DNA of 64,000 nucleotides. It comes from Truepera sp. GTDB taxonomy: Bacteria; Deinococcota; Deinococci; Deinococcales; Trueperaceae. The stretch spans positions 3,808,001-3,872,000 of the forward strand of contig CBDCKW010000009.1 in NCBI GenBank assembly GCA_965218435.1, in the 5' to 3' direction. Numbering within the stretch: position 1 is the first letter of the stretch; each line of letters starts with the position of its first letter. Under the pieces are notes generated by a model. It had not been told where the DNA came from. It saw only the letters and a program-made list of their open reading frames with translations, and ran no database searches. The translations under genes and the position numbers were made by a program. Shown one piece after another: positions 60,302 through 64,000 of the stretch.

Positions 60302-61432
60302 ATGCTTAAACGCCTCGACCGCTATCTCCTTAGCGAAAGCCTCACCCCCTTTTTTTTCGGGTTGCTCCTTTACAGCGGCCTCGCGGTGATGAGCGCCAAC
60401 TTTCCACGTTTGCAGTGGATCGTCGGTACTCCTTTTTGGGGACTTTTATACTGGCTTTTGTTACAGTTTCCAGCGGCTATTGTGCAGACGCTGCCGATTG
60501 CGCTGCTGCTAGCAGTGCTCCTCTCGTTTGGTCGGCTCGCCGCGTCGAATGAACTGTTGGCGATTCAGGCGGGCGGCGTCGCCTTGCGGCGACTGAGCGC
60601 CCTGATGCTGACGCTTGGGCTCTTGTCAGCCGGGAGCGCACTTGCGATCAATCAGTGGGTGCTGCCCCGGACGAACGCACAGGTCGGCAGTCTCTGGTGG
60701 CAGCTGACCGGCAGCGGCAGCGGGCTCTACCGGCTGATTCAGCGGAGTTTGCCGCTGGGCAACTACACGCTGACGTTTGACAATGTGACCCCCGAGGATG
60801 AGTTAGAGGGGGTGCGGCTCGAGGCGTGGAGCGGCCCCCAACTGAGCGTGATTCGCGCGGCCAAGGCCCGCTTTACCGGGTCGGGGTTGGCGCTCTACGA
60901 CTACCACACCACCCGGCTCGACTTGGGGGTGCTCGCCAATAGTGTGCCCCGGAGCGCGGAGGCAACCCTCGCCGACCTCGTGCAGCTCAATAACCGCGCC
61001 GCTGACCCGAACGCGCCGCTGACGCTTAAACTTTCCGAAGACCCCGCCGCGCTGATTACGCAGTATTCGGGGGGCGGGTTTGAAGACGCACGCTCACTTT
61101 CCGGCGTGTATCAAGACGCGCATGACCCCCGTTTGGACCTCTCCGAACGCCGTGACGCCGCTGTGCTCTTTCACCGCAAACTCGCCGAGACGCTGGCCAA
61201 CCTGACCCTTCTGGCTGTCGCGCTGCCTCTCGCCGTGTTGCACGCGCGGAGCCGCAGCGTCGCCTTCGGGTTGTCACTCTCAGTGACGCTCGCCTGGTAC
61301 GTGCTTTTAACCCTCGGCCAGCTTTTGGCGCAAGCGGGCGTGTTGCCGATCTGGTTCGGGCTCTGGTTCGGAAACGCGCTCTTGTTAGGCGTCGGGCTTT
61401 ATCTGCTCTACGCGCGGACAAATTTTCGTTAG
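60302..61432 (+). CDS. LptF/LptG (YjgP/YjgQ) family permease
   Basis: MLKRLDRYLL, LPIALLLAVLLSFGRLAASNELLAIQAGGV, FHRKLA, W.GN. Confidence 0.9.
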   Translation: MLKRLDRYLLSESLTPFFFGLLLYSGLAVMSANFPRLQWIVGTPFWGLLYWLLLQFPAAIVQTLPIALLLAVLLSFGRLAASNELLAIQAGGVALRRLSALMLTLGLLSAGSALAINQWVLPRTNAQVGSLWWQLTGSGSGLYRLIQRSLPLGNYTLTFDNVTPEDELEGVRLEAWSGPQLSVIRAAKARFTGSGLALYDYHTTRLDLGVLANSVPRSAEATLADLVQLNNRAADPNAPLTLKLSEDPAALITQYSGGGFEDARSLSGVYQDAHDPRLDLSERRDAAVLFHRKLAETLANLTLLAVALPLAVLHARSRSVAFGLSLSVTLAWYVLLTLGQLLAQAGVLPIWFGLWFGNALLLGVGLYLLYARTNFR

Positions 61433-61438
61433 GGCGGC

Positions 61439-61515
61439 GATGAGTAAAGAGCGATGAGTAAAAAGTAACGAGTAAGGACTTTTTCTTATTGCTCATCACT
61501 CGGCACTTATCGCTC
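61439..61515. repeat. STRR-like heptamer tandem repeat with a complementary arm
   Basis: gatgagt aaagagc gatgagt aaaaagt aacgagt aaggact ... ttattgc tcatcac tcggcac ttatcgc. Confidence 0.6.
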
Positions 61516-61574
61516 TCTTGATGCTTTCTGCGTAGCTGAAGAAGCGCCGTAACTGTGGTAGATTAGACGTTCTG

Positions 61575-63785
61575 ATGGAGACGCTGACGTCGCCCTTACC
61601 CGAAGTACTAGACCACAAAACCAGCTATCTAAGTGTGCCCGATAAGGTGCGTTTAGGTGAAGCGTACCGCTTTGCCGAGGCAGCTCACACGGGTGTAACG
61701 CGCCGCTCCGGTGAACCTTTTATCACGCACCCCGTCGCGGTCACCGAAATTTTAGCCGACATGCGGCTCGACGCCGACGCGCTGATCGCCGGACTGTTGC
61801 ACGATACGGTCGAAGATACCGAGGTAACTTTTACTGAGGTTGAAGCGCAGTTTGGTGCGCCGGTACGCCGCATCGTCGAAGGCGAAACAAAGATCAGCAA
61901 GCTTAAAATGGCGCGTTTAGACGCCGGGTACGAAGAGGAGCAGGCGGAAAACTTGCGGCAGATGTTCCTGGCGATGGTCGGTGACGTGCGGATTATCCTG
62001 GTCAAATTCGCCGACCGGCTGCACAACATGCGTACCTTAGAGTTTATGCCGCCCGAAAAGCAAAAACGTATTGCCCGCGAGACCCTCGAGATTTTTGCGC
62101 CGCTCGCCCACCGCTTGGGTATCAACCACATCAAAAGCGAGTTGGAGGAACTCGGCTTTTTGTACCTCGAGCCCGACCGTTACCGCGCCTTGGAGCGTCA
62201 GGTCAGGTTGCGCCGCGCCGAGCGCGAAGCGTACGTCGCCCGCTCGATCCAGATGTTAGAAAACCGCTTGGCTCAGGAGGGACTTTCTTTTGAGATTGCC
62301 GGACGGAGCAAAGGCTTATACAGCGTTCACCAGAAGATTTTGCGTGACGCTAAGAATTTAGATCAAATCTTCGACCTGATGGCCATCCGGGTAGTGCTCT
62401 CCCCGACGACGCACCTGGGCCTCAGCTTAGAAGATGAGGAGAAGGCCGTGTGTTACCGTGCGCTCGGTATTATTCACTCGATCTGGACGCCCATACCGGG
62501 CCGCTTTAAGGATTATGTGGCGGTGCCTAAACCCAACGGCTATCAATCTTTACACACGACTGTGATCGGCTTGCAGGGGCAGCCTATCGAAGTGCAAATT
62601 CGTACCAAACGGATGCATGAAGTTGCCGAGTACGGTGTGGCCGCACACTGGGCGTACAAGCAGGGCTTAGGGGACGCGGCCTCTCCTGCCCTGCAGAGTC
62701 GCCTCACCTGGATGAAGCAGCTCGTTGACGTTGACGAGGGCTCAGAAAGTGCGGGCGCGTTTGTGGATACGGTGAAAACCGACCTCTTGTCCGAGCGCGT
62801 GCTGATCTTTACACCCGCCGGTGACATCGTGAACTTGCCGCTCGGCAGTACCCCGATCGACTTCGCCTATCACGTCCACACGCAAGTCGGGCACCGCTGT
62901 TCGGGTGCGCGGGTCAACGGTGAGATCGTGCCGCTGTCGTATGTGCTGCAGACCGGTGACCGCGTAGAAATTTTGACCAACCGGGGCGTCAACTACGGCC
63001 CGTCCCCCGACTGGCTCGGGATGGTCGTGACGAGGGGTGCAAAGCAGAAGATTCGGCACTACTTTAGGCAGCAAGAACGTGAAGGAATTTTAGATTCGGC
63101 CAAACGCACGTTGGAACGGGCGCTCCGCCGTAAACACCTGTCGGTCGCGCACTACACCGGCAAAAAGCTCGAGGTCGCCGCTCGCAAACTGATCAGCGCC
63201 GATTCGGTTGACGAGCTCTACCTGGCGCTGCACGCCAAACGGGTGACGCCTAAGCAGGTACTCTTGGAACTCCTGCCCGAAGCGCCCAAACCAACCTTAC
63301 CGGCGTTGCCGACGCCTAAACGCGGAACCGGCGGCATCTACTTAGACGGCCTCGACGCCCCCGCCAAACTCGCGCAGTGCTGCAGCCCGGTGCGCGGTGA
63401 TGAGGTGGTTGGGTACGTCACCCGGGGGCGCGGCGTCACCGTTCACCGCTGCGACTGCCCGAACGTCAAGCACCTGATGCGTAAAGAGGCTGAGCGCCTC
63501 GTCCATGTGACGTGGGACGTTTCGACCGGCGAGGTCTACCCGGTGGACTTCGAAGTGGTGGGCGTTGATCGTCCCGGGTTGTTGATGAACGTGCTCGACG
63601 TGATTGCCGGAATGAACAAGTCGGCCTCGAGAGTCACCGCCGACGTACAGGGCGGCGCAAACGCCCGGATTCACTTTCGTATCGACGTCAAAGACCAGAC
63701 CGAGGTAGATAGGGTCAAAGACGCGGTTTTGCGGATTGACGACGTGACGCGGATTTACCGCTCGAGGCCGGGGCTTAAAGCGTAA
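61575..63785 (+). CDS. rel: Bifunctional (p)ppGpp synthetase/hydrolase Rel (RelA/SpoT)
   Basis: RRSGEPFITHP, LLHDTVED, ADRLHNMRTL, RFKDY, PKPNGYQSLHT; TGS, CC zinc finger and ACT domains. Confidence 0.96.
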   Translation: METLTSPLPEVLDHKTSYLSVPDKVRLGEAYRFAEAAHTGVTRRSGEPFITHPVAVTEILADMRLDADALIAGLLHDTVEDTEVTFTEVEAQFGAPVRRIVEGETKISKLKMARLDAGYEEEQAENLRQMFLAMVGDVRIILVKFADRLHNMRTLEFMPPEKQKRIARETLEIFAPLAHRLGINHIKSELEELGFLYLEPDRYRALERQVRLRRAEREAYVARSIQMLENRLAQEGLSFEIAGRSKGLYSVHQKILRDAKNLDQIFDLMAIRVVLSPTTHLGLSLEDEEKAVCYRALGIIHSIWTPIPGRFKDYVAVPKPNGYQSLHTTVIGLQGQPIEVQIRTKRMHEVAEYGVAAHWAYKQGLGDAASPALQSRLTWMKQLVDVDEGSESAGAFVDTVKTDLLSERVLIFTPAGDIVNLPLGSTPIDFAYHVHTQVGHRCSGARVNGEIVPLSYVLQTGDRVEILTNRGVNYGPSPDWLGMVVTRGAKQKIRHYFRQQEREGILDSAKRTLERALRRKHLSVAHYTGKKLEVAARKLISADSVDELYLALHAKRVTPKQVLLELLPEAPKPTLPALPTPKRGTGGIYLDGLDAPAKLAQCCSPVRGDEVVGYVTRGRGVTVHRCDCPNVKHLMRKEAERLVHVTWDVSTGEVYPVDFEVVGVDRPGLLMNVLDVIAGMNKSASRVTADVQGGANARIHFRIDVKDQTEVDRVKDAVLRIDDVTRIYRSRPGLKA

Positions 63786-64000
63786 TTTAATAGTGACTAA
63801 CAGGCTTTTAACTAGAGGGCGTCATCAATTAAGCGAGCAGGATAACAGAAGCGGCTAGGTGAATAGCAGCGAGGAAGTTACGAGCGGTTTTGTCCTAACG
63901 GGTGGCGACAACACAAAAGTGTTTAAGCTTGAGAAAGAAGGGTTCAATGATGTCTGTCTTTGTTGCGTTCGGCGTCATAGCGGCGAGGCGTAAGCCACAT

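Noticed and set aside
63786..64000. Possible RNA gene or ORF downstream of rel
   Set aside because: No tRNA or known ncRNA signature; truncated by the window edge.

Overview
A ~60% GC bacterial chromosomal window. Protein families and pervasive leaderless -10 promoters point to Deinococcota, probably Trueperaceae-like; this assignment is inference. Most genes are housekeeping or ordinary accessory genes: a sulfite-oxidase-family Mo enzyme, fdhD with an FdhF/YdeP oxidoreductase and OFA transporter, tyrA, a BaeSR-like two-component system, pstSCAB, a GGDEF/EAL protein, DsbA/DsbB, CopZ, an S8 protease, sodA, an ExeM nuclease, comEA/comEC, holA, an Lpt-like cluster and rel. It also holds an IS982-family element, a 111-bp MITE and two pseudogenes. 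I found no rRNA, tRNA or CRISPR array. The main leads are: (1) an AfsR/SARP-STAND-TPR regulator divergent from three tiny secreted-protein genes, with an identical GGACA-n6-GGACA-n9-GTG-CAnnCT promoter architecture in front of both that operon and a fourth secreted gene; (2) roughly tenfold enrichment of the palindrome CTCGAG in the stretches counted by hand (HIP1-like); (3) STRR-like heptamer repeats in intergenic spacers; (4) Lpt-like and Pcs-like envelope genes unexpected for the inferred lineage; (5) several microproteins absent from the ORF track.
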